Positions 41,101-55,771 of a stretch of DNA of 64,000 nucleotides are shown piece by piece. Where the stretch lies: contig OZ024741.1 in NCBI GenBank assembly GCA_964016885.1, positions 20,894,001 to 20,958,000 of the forward strand. The letters are read 5' to 3'. The position numbers and the translations under genes are program-made. This stretch comes from Eledone cirrhosa. Lineage: Eukaryota. The notes beneath the pieces were generated by a model. That model saw nothing but the letters and a program-made list of their open reading frames with translations, did not search any database and was not told the origin of the DNA. Position 1 is the first letter of the stretch, and the number at the start of each line of letters is the position of its first letter.

Positions 41101-43050
41101 GCTGGTCTTCACTCCCCAAGTTCCACGATCTAATTGGTTGTCTTAGCTGCTCTTCACTCCCGAAGTTCCACCATCTAATTGGTTGTCTTAGCTGGTCTTC
41201 ACTCCCCAAGGTCCACCAGCTTATTGGTTGTCTTAGCTGACCTTCACTCCCCAAGTTCCACCATCTAATTGGTAGTCTTAGCTGGACATCACTCCCCAAG
41301 TTCCACCATCTAATTGGTTGTCTTAGCTGGTCTTCATTCTCCAAATTCCACGATCTTATTGGTTGTCTTAGATGGTATTCACTCGCCAAGTTCCACCATC
41401 TAATTGGTTGTCTTAGCTGGTCTTCATTCTCCAAGTTCCACCATGTGATTGGTTGTCTTAGCTGGTCTTCACTGCCCAAGTTCCACCATCTAATTGGTTG
41501 TCTTAGCTGCTCTTCACTCCCCAAGTTCCACCATCTAATTGGTTGTCTTAGCTGGTCTTCACTCTCCAAGTTCCACCATCTAATTGGTTGTCTTAGCTGG
41601 TCTTCACTCTCCAAGTTCCACCATCTAATTGGTTGTCTTAGCTGGTCTTCACTCTCCAAGTTCCACCATCTAGTTGATTGTCTTAGCTGGTCTTCACTCC
41701 CCAAGTTCCACCATCTAATTGATTGTCTTAGCTGGTCTTCACTCCCCAAGTTCCACCATCTAATTGGTTGTCTTAGCTGCTCTTCACTCCCCAAGTTCCA
41801 CCATCTAATTGGTTGTCTTAGCTGGTCTTCACTCCCCAAGTTCCACCATCTAATTGGGTGTCTTAGCTGGTCATCACACCCCAAGTTCCACCATCTAATT
41901 GGTTGTCTTAGCTGTTCTACATTCCCCAATTCCACCATCTAATTGGTTCTCTTAGCTGGTCTTCACTCCCCCAGGTCCACCATCTAATTGGTTGTCTTAG
42001 CTGGTCTTCACTCCCAAGTTCCACCATCTAATTGGTTGTCTTAGCTGGTCTTCACTCCTCAAGTTCCACAATCTAATTGGTTGTCTTAGCTGCTCTTCAC
42101 TCCCCAACTTCCACAATCTAATTGGTTGTCTTAGCTGGTCTTCATTCCCCAAGTTCCACCATCTAATTGGGTGTCTTAGCTGGTCTCCACTCTCCAAGTT
42201 CCACCATCTAATTGGTTGTCTTAGCTGATCTTCACTCTCCAAATTTCACCATCTAATTGGTTGTCTTAGCTGGTCTTCTCTCTCCAAGTTCCACCATCTA
42301 ATTGAATGTCTTAGCTGGTCTCCACTCTCCAAATTCCAACATCTAATTGATTGTCTTAGCTGGTCTTCACTCTCCAAGTTCCACCATCTAATTGGTTGTC
42401 TTAGCTGGTCTTCACTTCCCAAGTTCCACCATCTAATTGGGTGTCTTAGCTGGTCTTCACCCCCCAAGTTCCACCATCTAATTGGTTGTCTTATCTGTTC
42501 TACATTCCTTAATTCCATAATGTAATTGGTTGTCTTAGCTGGTCTTCACTCCCAAGTTCCACCATCTAATTGGTTGTCTTAACTGGTCTTCACTCCCCAG
42601 GTTCCACAATCTAATTGGTTGTCTTAGCTGCTCTTCACTCCCCAAGTTCCACCATCTAATTGGTTGTCTTAGCTGGTCTTCACTCTCCAAGTTCCACCAT
42701 CTAATTGATTGTCTTAGCTGGTCTTCACTCCCCAAGTTCCACCATCTAATTGATTGTCTTAGCTGGTCTTCACTCCCCAAGTTCCAGCAACTAATTGGTT
42801 GTCTTAGCTGGTCTTCACTCCCCAAGTTCCACCATCTAATTGGTTGTCTTAGCTGTTCTACATTCCCCAATTCCACCATCTAATTGGTTGTCTTAGCTGG
42901 TCTTCACTCCCCCAGGTCCACCATCTAATTGGTTGTCTTAGCTGGTCTTTACTCCCAAGTTCCACCATCTAATTTGTTGTCTTAGCTGGTCTTCACTCCC
43001 CAAGTTCCACAATCTAATTGGTTGTCTTAGCTGCTCTTCACTCCCCAAGT
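38130..43050 (-). repeat. Duplicated ~1.9-kb block, offset 2,867-2,957 bp
   Basis: ORF pairs 38187/41054, 39040/41997 and 39578/42535 have near-identical translations. A related copy begins near 36,300. Confidence 0.75.
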
Positions 43051-46000
43051 TCCACCATCTATTTGGGTGTCTTAGCTGGTCTTTACTCCCCAAGTTCCAC
43101 CATCTAATTGGATGTCTTAGCTGTTCTACATTCCCCAATTCCACCATCTAATTGGTTGTCTTAACTGGACATTAGTCCCCAAGTTCCACAATCTAATTGG
43201 TCGTCTTAGCTGGTCTTCACTCCCCGAGTTCCACCATCTAATTGATTGTCTTAGCTGGTCTTCACTCCCCACGTTCCACCATCTAATTGGTTGTCTTAGC
43301 TGGTCTCCACCCTCCAAGTTCCACCATCTAATTGGTTGTCTTAGCTGATCTTCACTCTCCAAGTTCCACCATCTAATTGGTTGTCTTAGCTGGTCTTCAC
43401 TCTCCAAGTTCCACCATCTAATTGGTTGTTTTAGCTGGTCTTCACTCCCCAAGTTTCACCATCTAATTGGTTGTCTTAGCTGGTCTTTACTCCCCAAGTT
43501 CCACCATCTAATTGGTTGTTTTAGCTGGTCTTCACTCCCCAAGTTCCACCATCTAATTGGTTGTCTTAGCTGGTCTTCACTCCCCAAGTTCCACCATCTA
43601 ATTGGTTGTCTTAGCTGGTCTTCACTCCCCAAGGTCCACCATCTAATTGATTGTCTTAGCTGGTCTTCACTCCCCAAGGACCACCATCTAATTGGTTGTC
43701 TTAGCTGGACTTCACTCCCCAAGGTCCACCATCTAATTGGTTGTCTTAGCTGGTCTTTACTCCCCAAGTTCCACCATCTAATTGATTGTCTTAGCTGGTA
43801 TTCACTCCCCAAGTTCCAGCAACTAATTGGTTGTCTTAGCTGGTCTTCACTCCCCAAGTTCCACCATCTAATTGGTTGTCTTAGCTGTTCTACATTCCCC
43901 AATTCCACCATCTAATTGGTTGTCTTAGCTGGTCTTCACTCCCCCAGGTCCACCATCTAATTGGTTGTCTTAGCTGGTCTTTACTCCCAAGTTCCACCAT
44001 CTAATTTGTTGTCTTAGCTGGTCTTCACTCCCCAAGTTCCACAATCTAATTGGTTGTCTTAGCTGCTCTTCACTCCCCAAGTTCCACCATCTAATTGGTT
44101 GTCTTAGCTGTTCTACATTCCCCAATTCCACCATCTAATTGGTTCTCTTAGCTGGTCTTCACTCCCCCAGGTCCACCATCTAATTGGTTGTCTTAGCTGG
44201 TCTTCACTCCCAAGTTCCACCATCTAATTGGTTGTCTTAGCTGGTCTTCACTCCTCAAGTTCCACAATCTAATTGGTTGTCTTAGCTGCTCTTCACTCCC
44301 CAACTTCCACAATCTAATTGGTTGTCTTAGCTGGTCTTCATTCCCCAAGTTCCACCATCTAATTGGGTGTCTTAGCTGGTCTCCACTCTCCAAGTTCCAC
44401 CATCTAATTGGTTGTCTTAGCTGATCTTCACTCTCCAAATTTCACCATCTAATTGGTTGTCTTAGCTGGTCTTCTCTCTCCAAGTTCCACCATCTAATTG
44501 ATTGTCTTAGCTGGTCTCCACTCCCCAAATTCCAACATCTAATTGATTGTCTTAGCTGGTCTTCACTTCCCAAGTTCCACCATCTAATTGGGTGTCTTAG
44601 CTGGTCTTCACCCCCCAAGTTCCACCATCTAATTGGTTGTCTTATCTGTTCTACATTCCTTAATTCCACCATCTAATTGGTTGTCTTAGCTGGTCTTCAC
44701 TCCCAAGTTCCACCATCTAATTGGTTGTCTTAACTGGTCTTCACTCCCCAGGTTCCACAATCTAATTGGTTGTCTTAGCTGCTCTTCACTCCCCAAGTTC
44801 CACCATCTAATTGGTTGTCTTAGCTGGTCTTCACTCTCCAAGTTCCACCATCTAATTGATTGTCTTAGCTGGTCTTCACTCCCCAAGTTCCAGCAACTAA
44901 TTGGTTGTCTTAGCTGGTCTTCACTCCCCAAGTTCCACCATCTAATTGGTTGTCTTAGCTGTTCTACATTCCACAATTCCACCATCTAATTGGTTGTCTT
45001 AGCTGGTCTTCACTCCCCCAGGTCCACCATCTAATTGGTTGTCTTAGCTGGTCTTTACTCCCAAGTTCCACCATCTAATTTGTTGTCTTAGCTGGTCTTC
45101 ACTCCCCAAGTTCCACAATCTAATTGGTTGTCTTAGCTGCTCTTCACTCCCCAAGTTCCACCATCTAATTGGTTGTCTTAGCTGTTCTACATTCCCCAAT
45201 TCCACCATCTAATTGGTTCTCTTAGCTGGTCTTCACTCCCCCAGGTCCACCATCTAATTGGTTGTCTTAGCTGGTCTTCACTCCCAAGTTCCACCATCTA
45301 ATTGGTTGTCTTAGCTGGTCTTCACTCCTCAAGTTCCACAATCTAATTGGTTGTCTTAGCTGCTCTTCACTCCCCAACTTCCACAATCTAATTGGTTGTC
45401 TTAGCTGGTCTTCATTCCCCAAGTTCCACCATCTAATTGGGTGTCTTAGCTGGTCTCCACTCTCCAAGTTCCACCATCTAATTGGTTGTCTTAGCTGATC
45501 TTCACTCTCCAAATTTCACCATCTAATTGGTTGTCTTAGCTGGTCTTCTCTCTCCAAGTTCCACCATCTAATTGATTGTCTTAGCTGGTCTCCACTCCCC
45601 AAATTCCAACATCTAATTGATTGTCTTAGCTGGTCTTCACTTCCCAAGTTCCACCATCTAATTGGGTGTCTTAGCTGGTCTTCACCCCCCAAGTTCCACC
45701 ATCTAATTGGTTGTCTTATCTGTTCTACATTCCTTAATTCCACCATCTAATTGGTTGTCTTAGCTGGTCTTCACTCCCAAGTTCCACCATCTAATTGGTT
45801 GTCTTAGCTGGTCTTCACTCCCAAGTTCCACCATCTAATTGGTTGTCTTAACTGGTCTTCACTCCCCAGGTTCCACAATCTAATTGGTTGTCTTAGCTGC
45901 TCTTCACTCCCCAAGTTCCACCATCTAATTGGTTGTCTTAGCTGGTCTTCACTCTCCAAGTTCCACCATCTAATTGATTGTCTTAGCTGGTCTTCACTCC

Positions 46001-48300
46001 CCAAGTTCCAGCAACTAATTGGTTGTCTTAGCTGGACTTCAGTCCCCAATTTCCACCATCTAATTGGTTGTCTTAGCTGGTCTTCACTCCCAAGTTCCAC
46101 CATCTAATTGGTTGTCTTAGCTGGTCTTCACTCCCCAAGGTCCACCAGCTTATTGGTTGTCTTAGCTGACCTTCACTCCCCAATTTCCACCATCTAATTG
46201 GTTGTCTTAGCTGGTCTTCACTCCCAAGTTCCACCATCTAATTGGTTGTCTTAGCTGGTCTTCACTCCCCAAGGTCCACCAGCTTATTGGTTGTCTTAGC
46301 TGACCTTCACTCCCCAAGTTCCACCATCTAATTGGTTGTCTTAGCTGGTCTTCATCCTCCAAATTCCACGATCTTATTGGTTGTCTTAGATGGTATTCAC
46401 TCGCCAAGTTCCACCATCTAATTAGTTGTCTTAGCTGGTCTTCACTCCCCAAGTTCCACCATCTAATTGGTTGTCTTAGCTGGTCTTCACTCTCCAAGTT
46501 CCACCATCTAATTGGTTGTCTTAGCTGGTCTTCACTCCCCAAGTTCCACCATCTAATTGGGTGTCTTAGCTGGTCATCACACCCCAAGTTCCACCATCTA
46601 ATTGGTTGTCTTAGCTGTTCTACATTCCCCAATTCCACCATCTAATTGGTTCTCTTAGCTGGTCTTCACTCCCCCAGGTCCACCATCTAATTGGTTGTCT
46701 TAGCTGGTCTTCACTCCCAAGTTCCACCATCTAATTGGTTGTCTTAGCTGGTCTTCACTCCTCAAGTTCCACAATCTAATTGGTTGTCTTAGCTGCTCTT
46801 CACTCCCCAACTTCCACAATCTAATTGGTTGTCTTAGCTGGTCTTCATTCCCCAAGTTCCACCATCTAATTGGTTGTCTTAGCTGGTCTTCACTCTCCAA
46901 GTTCCACCATCTAATTGGTTGTCTTCGCTGGTCTTCACTTCCCAAGTTCCACCATCTAATTGGGTGTCTTAGCTGGTCTTCACCCCCCAAGTTCCACCAT
47001 CTAATTGGTTGTCTTATCTGTTCTACATTCCTTAATTCCACCATCTAATTGGTTGTCTTAGCTGGTCTTCACTCCCAAGTTCCACCATCTAATTGGTTGT
47101 CTTAACTGGTCTTCACTCCCCAGGTTCCACAATCTAATTGGTTGTCTTAGCTGCTCTTCACTCCCCAAGTTCCACCATCTAATTGGTTGTCTTAGCTGGT
47201 CTTCACTCTCCAAGTTCCACCATCTAATTGATTGTCTTAGCTGGTCTTCACTCCCCAAGTTCCACCATCTAATTGATTGTCTTAGCTGGTCTTCACTCCC
47301 CAAGTTCCAGCAACTAATTGGTTGTCTTAGCTGGTCTTCACTCCCCAAGTTCCACCATCTAATTGGTTGTCTTAGCTGTTCTACATTCCCCAATTCCACC
47401 ATCTAATTGGTTGTCTTAGCTGGTCTTCACTCCCCCAGGTCCACCATCTAATTGGTTGTCTTAGCTGGTCTTTACTCCCAAGTTCCACCATCTAATTTGT
47501 TGTCTTAGCTGGTCTTCACTCCCCAAGTTCCACAATCTAATTGGTTGTCTTAGCTGCTCTTCACTCCCCAAGTTCCACCATCTATTTGGGTGTCTTAGCT
47601 GGTCTTTACTCCCCAAGTTCCACCATCTAATTGGATGTCTTAGCTGTTCTACATTCCCCAATTCCACCATCTAATTGGTTGTCTTAACTGGACTTTAGTC
47701 CCCAAGTTCCACAATCTAATTGGTCGTCTTAGCTGGTCTTCACTCCCCGAGTTCCACCATCTAATTGATTGTCTTAGCTGGTCTTCACTCCCCACGTTCC
47801 ACCATCTAATTGGTTGTCTTAGCTGGTCTCCACCCTCCAAGTTCCACCATCTAATTGGTTGTCTTAGCTGATCTTCACTCTCCAAGTTCCACCATCTAAT
47901 TGGTTGTCTTAGCTGGTCTTCACTCTCCAAGTTCCACCATCTAATTGGTTGTTTTAGCTGGTCTTCACTCCCCAAGTTTCACCATCTAATTGGTTGTCTT
48001 AGCTGGTCTTTACTCCCCAAGTTCCACCATCTAATTGGTTGTTTTAGCTGGTCTTCACTCCCCAAGTTCCACCATCTAATTGGTTGTCTTAGCTGGTCTT
48101 CACTCCCCAAGTTCCACCATCTAATTGGTTGTCTTAGCTGGTCTTCACTCCCCAAGGTCCACCATCTAATTGATTGTCTTAGCTGGTCTTCACTCCCCAA
48201 GGACCACCATCTAATTGGTTGTCTTAGCTGGACTTCACTCCCCAAGGTCCACCATCTAATTGGTTGTCTTAGCTGGTCTTTACTCCCCAAGTTCCACCAT
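42530..48300 (-). repeat. Duplicated ~1.25-kb block, offset 4,523 bp
   Basis: ORF pairs 42535/47058, 42938/47461, 43126/47649 and 43456/47979. Shared TCGTCTTAG, CCCCGAGTT and CCACCCTCC. Confidence 0.85.
43770..46030 (-). repeat. Tandem higher-order repeat, period 1,074 bp (~24 monomers, 2 copies), with another copy 3,989 bp upstream
   Basis: ORF pairs 44193/45267 and 44442/45516; also 40204/44193, 40453/44442 and 40697/44686. Confidence 0.85.
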
Positions 48301-49982
48301 CTGATTGGTTGTCTTAGCTGGTCTTCACTCCCCAAGGTCCACCATCTAATTGATTGTCTTAGCTGGTCTTCACTCCCCAATTTCCACCATCTAATTGGTT
48401 GTCTTAGCTGGTCTTCACTCCCCAAGGTCCACCATCTAGTTGGTTGTCTTAGCTGGTCTTTACTCCCCAAGTTCCACCATCTGATTGGTTGTCTTAGCTG
48501 ATCTTCACTCTTCAAGTTGCACCATCTAATTGGGTGTCTTAGCTGGTCTTTACTCCCCAAGTTCCACCATCTGATTGATTGTCTTAGCTGGTCTTCACTC
48601 CGCAAGTTCCACCATCTAATTGGTTTTCTTAGCTAGTCTTCCCTCTCCAAGTTCCACCATCTAATTGGTTGACTTAGCAGGTCTTCATTCTCAGAGTTCC
48701 ACCATCTAATTGGTTATCTTAGCTGGTCTTCACTCCCCAAGTGCCACCATCTAATTGGTTGTCTTAACTTGTCTTCACTCCCCAAGTTCCACCATCTAAT
48801 TGGTTGTCTTAGCTGGTCTTCACTCCCCAAGTTCCATCATCTAATTGGTTGTCTTAGCTGGTCTTCACTCCCCAAGTTCCACCATCTAATTGTTTGTCTT
48901 AGCTGGTCTTCACTCCCCAAGTTCCACCATCTAATTGGTTGTCTTAGCTGGTCTTCACTCCCCAAGTTCCATCATCTAATTGGTTGTCTTAGCTGGTCTT
49001 CACTCCCCAATTCCATCATCTAATTGGTTGTCTTAGCTGGTCTTCATTCTCCAAGTTACACCATCTAATTGGTTGTCTTAGCTGGTCTTCACTCCCCAAG
49101 TTCCACCATCTAATTGGTTGTCTTAGCTGGTTTTCACTCCCCAAGTTCCACCATCTAATTAGTTGCCTTAGCTGGTTTTCTCTCCCTAAGTTCCATCATC
49201 TAATTTGTTGTCTTAGCTGGTCTTCACTCCCCAGGTTCCACCATCTAATTGGTTGTCTTAGCTGTTCTACATTCCCCAATTCCACCATGTAATTGGTTGT
49301 CTTAACTGGACTTCAGTCCTCAAGTTCCACCATCTAATTGGTTGTCTTAACTGGACTTCAGTCCTCAAGTTCCACCATCTAATTGGTTGTCTTAGCTGGA
49401 CTTTATTCTCCAAGTTCCACCATCTAATTGGTTATCTTATCCGGTCTTCATTCCCTAGTTCCACAATCTAATTGGTTGTCTCAGCTGGTCTTCACTCACC
49501 AAGTCCCACCATCTAATTGGTTGTCTTAGCTTGTCTTCACTCCCCAAGTTCCACCATCTAATTGGTTCTTTTAGCTGGGTTTCACTCCCCAAGTTCCACC
49601 ATCTAATTGGTTGTCTTAGCTGGTCTTCACTCCCCAAGGTCCACCATCTAATTGATTGTCTTAGCTGGTCTTCACTCCCCAAGGTCCACCATCTAATTGG
49701 TTGTCTTAGCTGGTCTTCACTCCCCAAGGTCCACCATCTAATTGGTTGTCTTAGCTGGTCTTCACTCCCCAAGGTCCACCATCTAATTGGTTGTCTTAGC
49801 TGGTCTTTACTCCCCAAGTTCCACCATCTGATTGGTTGTCTTAGCTGGTCTTCACTCCCCAAGGTCCACCATCTAATTGATTGTCTTAGCTGGTCTTCAT
49901 CCCCAAGTTCCACCATCTAATTGGTTGTCTTAGCTGGTCTTCACTCCCCAAGTTCCACCATCTAATTGGGTGTCTTAGCTGG

Positions 49983-50801
49983 TCTTCACTCCCCAAGTTC
50001 CACAATCTAATTGGTTGTCTTAGCTGGTCTTCACTCCCCAAGTTCCACCATCTAATTGGTTATCTTAGCTGGTCTTCACTCCCCAAGTTGCACCAGCTTA
50101 TGTGTTGTCTTAGCTGGTCTTCACTCCCAAAGTTCCACCATCTAATTGATTGTCTTAGCTGGTCTTCACGCTCCACGTTCCACCATCTAATTGGTTGTCT
50201 TAGCTGGTCTCCACTCTCCAAGTTCCACCATCTAATTGGTTGTCTTAGCTGATCTTCACTCCCCAAGTTCCACAATCTAATTGGTTGTCTTAGCTGGTCT
50301 TCACTCCCCAAGTTCCACCATCTAATTGGTTATCTTAGCTGGTCTTCACTCCCCAAGTTGCACCAGCTTATGTGTTGTCTTAGCTGGTCTTCACTCCCAA
50401 AGTTCCACCATCTAATTGATTGTCTTAGCTGGTCTTCACGCTCCACGTTCCACCATCTAATTGGTTGTCTTAGCTGGTCTCCACTCTCCAAGTTCCACCA
50501 TCTAATTGGTTGTCTTAGCTGATCTTCACTCCCCAAGTTCCACAATCTAATTGGTTGTCTTAGCTGGTCTTCACTCCCCAAGTTCCACCATCTAATTGGT
50601 TATCTTAGCTGGTCTTCACTCCCCAAGTTGCACCAGCTTATGTGTTGTCTTAGCTGGTCTTCACTCCCAAAGTTCCACCATCTAATTGATTGTCTTAGCT
50701 GGTCTTCACGCTCCACGTTCCACCATCTAATTGGTTGTCTTAGCTGGTCTCCACTCTCCAAGTTCCACCATCTAATTGGTTGTCTTAGCTGATCTTCACT
50801 C
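49983..50801 (-). repeat. 6-monomer (270-bp) higher-order repeat, 3 tandem copies
   Basis: ORF ends at 50060/50330/50600. The marker GTTGCACCAGCTTATGTGTTG recurs every 270 bp. Confidence 0.93.
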
Positions 50802-53800
50802 TCCAAGTTCCACCATCTAATTGGTTGTCTTAGCTGGTCTTCACTCTCCAAGTTCCACCATCTAATTGGTTGTCTTAGCTGATCTTCACTCTCCAAGTTC
50901 CACCATCTAATTGGTTGTCTTAGCTGGTCTTCACTCTCCAAGTTCCACCATCTAATTGGTTGTCTTAGCTGGTCTTCACTCTCCACGTTCCACCATCTAA
51001 TTGGTTGTCTTAGCCGGTCTCCACTCTCCAAGTTCCAGCATCTAATTGGTTGTCTTAGCTGATCTTCACTCTCCAAGTTTCACCATCTAATTGGTTGTCT
51101 TAGCTGGTCTTCACTCTCCAAGTTCCACCATCTAATTGATTGTCTTAGCTGGTCTTCACTCCCCAAATTCCACCATCTAATTGGGTGTCTTAGCTGGTCT
51201 TCACCCCCCACGTTCCACCATCTAATTGGTTGTCTTAGCTGTTCTACATTCCCCAATTCCACCATCTAATTGGTTCTCTTAACTGGATTCACTCCCCCAG
51301 GTCCACCATCTAATTGGTTGTCTTAGCTTGTCTTCACTCCCCAAGTTCCACCATCTAATTGGTTCTTTTAGCTGGGTTTCACTCCCCAAGTTCCACCATC
51401 TAATTGGTTGTCTTAGCTGGTCTTCACTCCCCAAGGTCCACCATCTAATTGATTGTCTTAGCTGGTCTTCACTCCCCAAGGTCCACCATCTAATTGGTTG
51501 TCTTAGCTGGTCTTCACTCCCCAAGGTCCACCATCTAATTGGTTGTCTTAGCTGGTCTTCACTCCCCAAGGTCCACCATCTAATTGGTTGTCTTAGCTGG
51601 TCTTTACTCCCCAAGTTCCACCATCTGATTGGTTGTCTTAGCTGGTCTTCACTCCCCAAGGTCCACCATCTAATTGATTGTCTTAGCTGGTCTTCATCCC
51701 CAAGTTCCACCATCTAATTGGTTGTCTTAGCTGGTCTTCACTCCCCAAGTTCCACCATCTAATTGGGTGTCTTAGCTGGTCTTCACTCCCCAAGTTCCAC
51801 AATCTAATTGGTTGTCTTAGCTGGTCTTCACTCCCCAAGTTCCACCATCTAATTGGTTATCTTAGCTGGTCTTCACTCCCCAAGTTGCACCAGCTTATGT
51901 GTTGTCTTAGCTGGTCTTCACTCCCAAAGTTCCACCATCTAATTGATTGTCTTAGCTGGTCTTCACGCTCCACGTTCCACCATCTAATTGGTTGTCTTAG
52001 CTGGTCTCCACTCTCCAAGTTCCACCATCTAATTGGTTGTCTTAGCTGATCTTCACTCTCCAAGTTCCACCATCTAATTGGTTGTCTTAGCTGGTCTTCA
52101 CTCTCCAAGTTCCACCATCTAATTGATTGTCTTAGCTGGTCTTCACTCTCCACGTTCCACCATCTAATTGGTTGTCTTAGCCGGTCTCCACTCTCCAAGT
52201 TCCAGCATCTAATTGGTTGTCTTAGCTGATCTTCACTCTCCAAGTTTCACCATCTAATTGGTTGTCTTAGCTGGTCTTCACTCTCCAAGTTCCACCATCT
52301 AATTGATTGTCTTAGCTGGTCTTCACTCCCCAAATTCCACCATCTAATTGGGTGTCTTAGCTGGTCTTCACCCCCCACGTTCCACCATCTAATTGGTTGT
52401 CTTAGCTGTACTACATTCCCCAATTCCACCATCTAATTGGTTCTCTTAACTGGATTCACTCCCCCAGGTCCACCATCTAATTGGTTGTCTTAGCTGGTCT
52501 TCACTCCCAAGTTCTACCATCTAATTGGTTGTCTTAGCTGGTCTTCACTCCCCAAGTTCCACCATCTAATTGGTTGTCTTAGCTGGTCTTCACTCCCCAA
52601 GGTCCACCAGCTTATTGGTTGTCTTAGCTGATCTCCACTCCCCAAGTTCCACCATCTAATTGGTAGTCTTAGCTGGACATCACTCCCCAAGTTCCACCAT
52701 CTAATTGGTTGTCTTAGCTGGTCTTCACTCCCCAAGTTCCACCATCTAATTGGTTGTCTTAGCTGGTCTTCACTCCCCAGGTTCCACCATCTAATTGGTT
52801 GTCTTAGCTGTTCTACATTCCCCAATTCCATCATCTAATTTGTTGTCTTAACTGGACTTCAGTCCTCAAGTTCCACCATCTAATTGGTAGTCTTAGCTGG
52901 ACTTTATTCTCCAAGTTCCACCATCTAATTGGTTATCTTAGCCGGTCTTCATTCCCTAGTTCCACAATCTAATTGGTTGTCTCAGCTGGTCTTCACTCAC
53001 CAAGTCCCACCATCTAATTGGTTGTCTTAGCTGGTCTTCACTCCCCAAGTTCCACCATCTAATTGGTTCTTTTAGCTGGTTTTCACTCCCCAAGTTCCAC
53101 CATCTAATTGGTTGTCTTAGCTGGTATTCACTCCCCAAGGTCCACCATCTAATTGATTGTCTTAGCTGGTCTTCACTCCCCAAGGTCCACCATCTAATTG
53201 GTTGTCTTAGCTGGTCTTCACTCCCCAAGGTCCACCATCTAATTGATTGTCTTAGCTGGTCTTCATCCCCAAGTTCCACCATCTAATTGGTTGTCTTAGC
53301 TGGTCTTCACTCCCCAAGGTCCACCATCTAATTGGTTGTCTTAGCTGGTCTTTACTCCCCAAGTTCCACCATCTGATTGGTTTTCTTAGCTGGTCTTCAT
53401 TCTCCAAGTTCCACGATCTAATTGGTTGTCTTAGCTGGTCTTCACTCCCCAAGTTCCACCATCTAATTGGTTGTCTTAGCTGGACTTTATTCTCCATGTT
53501 CCACCATCTAATTGGTTATCTTAGCTGGTCTTCACTCCCCAGGTTCCACCATCTAATTGGTTGTCATAGCTGTTCTACATTCCACAATTCCACCATCTAA
53601 TTGGTTGTCTTAACTGGACTTCAGTCCTCAAGTTCCGCCATCTAATTGGTTGTCTTAGCTGGACTTCAGTCATCAAGTTCCACCATCTAATTAGTTGTCT
53701 TAGCTGGTCTTCACTCTTCAAGTTCCACCATCTAATTAGTTGTCTTAGCTGGTCCTCTCTCCCTAAGTTCCATCATCTAATTTGTTGTCTTAGCTGGTCT

Positions 53801-55383
53801 TCACTCCCCAAGTTCTACCATCTAATTGGTTGTCTTAGCTGGTCTTCATTCTCCAAGTTCCACGATCTAATTGGTTGTCTTAGCTGGTCTTCACTCCCCA
53901 AGTTCCACCATCTAATTGGTTGTCTTAGCTGGACTTTATTCTCCATGTTCCACCATCTAATTGGTTATCTTAGCTGGTCTTCACTCCCCAGGTTCCACCA
54001 TCTAATTGGTTGTCTTAGCTGTTCTACATTCCCCAATTCCACCATCTAATTGGTTGTCTTAACTGGACTTCAGTCCTCAAGTTCCACCATCTAATTGGTT
54101 GTCTTAACTGGACTTCAGTCATCAAGTTCCACCATGTAATTGGTTATCTTAGCTGGACTTTATTCTCCAAGTTCCACCATCTAATTGGTTATCTTAGCCG
54201 GTCTTCATTCCCTAGTTCCACAATCTAATTGGTTGTCTTAGCTGCTCTTCACTCCCCAAGTTCCACCATCTATTTGGGTGTCTCAGCTGGTCTTTACTCC
54301 CCAAGTTCCACCATCTAATTGGATGTCTTAGCTGTTATACATTCCCCAATTCCACCATCTAATTGGTTGTCTTAACTAGACTTTAGTCCCCAAGTTCCAC
54401 AATCTAATTGGTTGTCTTAGCTGGTCTTCACTCTCCACGTTCCACCATCTAGTTGGTTGTCTTAGCTGGTCTCCACTCTCCAAGTTCCACCATCTAATTG
54501 GTTGTCTTAACTGATCTTCACTCCCCAAGTTCCACCATCTAATTGATTGTCTTAGCTGGTCTTCACTCCCCAAGTTCCAGCAACTAATTGGTTGTCTTAG
54601 CTGGTCTTCACTCCCCAAGTTCCACCATCTAATTGGGTGTCTTAGCTGGTCTTCACCCCCCAAGTTCCACCATCTAATTGGTTGTCTTAGCTGTTCTACA
54701 TTCCCAAATTCCACCATCTAATTGGTTGTCTTAGCTGGTCTTCACTCCCCCAGGTCCACCATCTAATTGGTTGTCTTAGCTGGTCTTCACTCCCAAGTTC
54801 CACCATCTAATTTGTTGTCTTAGCTGGTCTTCACTTCCCAAGTTCCACAATCTAATTGGTTGTCTTAGCTGCTCTTCACTCCCCAAGTTCCACCATCTAT
54901 TTGGGTGTCTTAGCTGGTCTTTACTCCCCAAGTTCCACCATCTAATTGGATGTCTTAGCTGTTCTACATTCCCCAATTCCACCATCTAATTGGTTGTCTT
55001 AGCTGGTCTTCACTCTCCACGTTCCACCATCTAATTGGTTGTCTTAGCTGGTCTCCACTCTCCAAGTTCCACCATCTAATTGGTTGTCTTAGCTGATCTT
55101 CACTCTCCAAGTTCCACCATCTAATTGGTTGTCTTAGCTGGTCTTCACTCCCCAAGTTTCACCATCTAATTGGTTGTCTTAGCTGGTCTTTACTCCCCGA
55201 GTTCCACCATCTAATTGGTTGTCTTAGCTGGTCTTCACTCCCCAAGTTCCACCATCTAATTGGTTGTCTTAGCTGGTCTTCACTCCCCAAGTTCCACCAT
55301 CTAATTGGTTGTCTTAGCTGGTCTTCACTCCCCAAGGTCCACCATCTAATTGATTGTCTTAGCTGGTCTTCACTCCCCAAGGA

Positions 55384-55771
55384 CCACCATCTAATTGGTT
55401 GTCTTAGCTGGACTTCACTCCCCAAGGTCCACCATCTAATTGGTTGTCTTAGCTGGTCTTTACTCCCCAAGTTCCACCATCTGATTGGTTGTCTTAGCTG
55501 GTCTTCACTCCCCAAGGTCCACCATCTAATTGATTGTCTTAGCTGGTCTTCACTCCCCAATTTCCACCATCTAATTGGTTGTCTTAGCTGGACTTCACTC
55601 CCCAAGGTCCACCATCTAATTGGTTGTCTTAGCTGGTCTTTACTCCCCAAGTTCCACCATCTGATTGGTTGTCTTAGCTGGTCTTCACTCCCCAAGGTCC
55701 ACCATCTAATTGATTGTCTTAGCTGGTCTTCACTCCCCAATTTCCACCATCTAATTGGTTGTCTTAGCTGG
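55384..55771 (-). repeat. 4-monomer (180-bp) tandem duplication
   Basis: The ordered variants GGACTTC / TTTACTC-CTGATTGG / AAGGTCC-TTGATTG / CCAATTTCC repeat at a 180-bp offset (55,411 vs 55,591). Confidence 0.8.
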
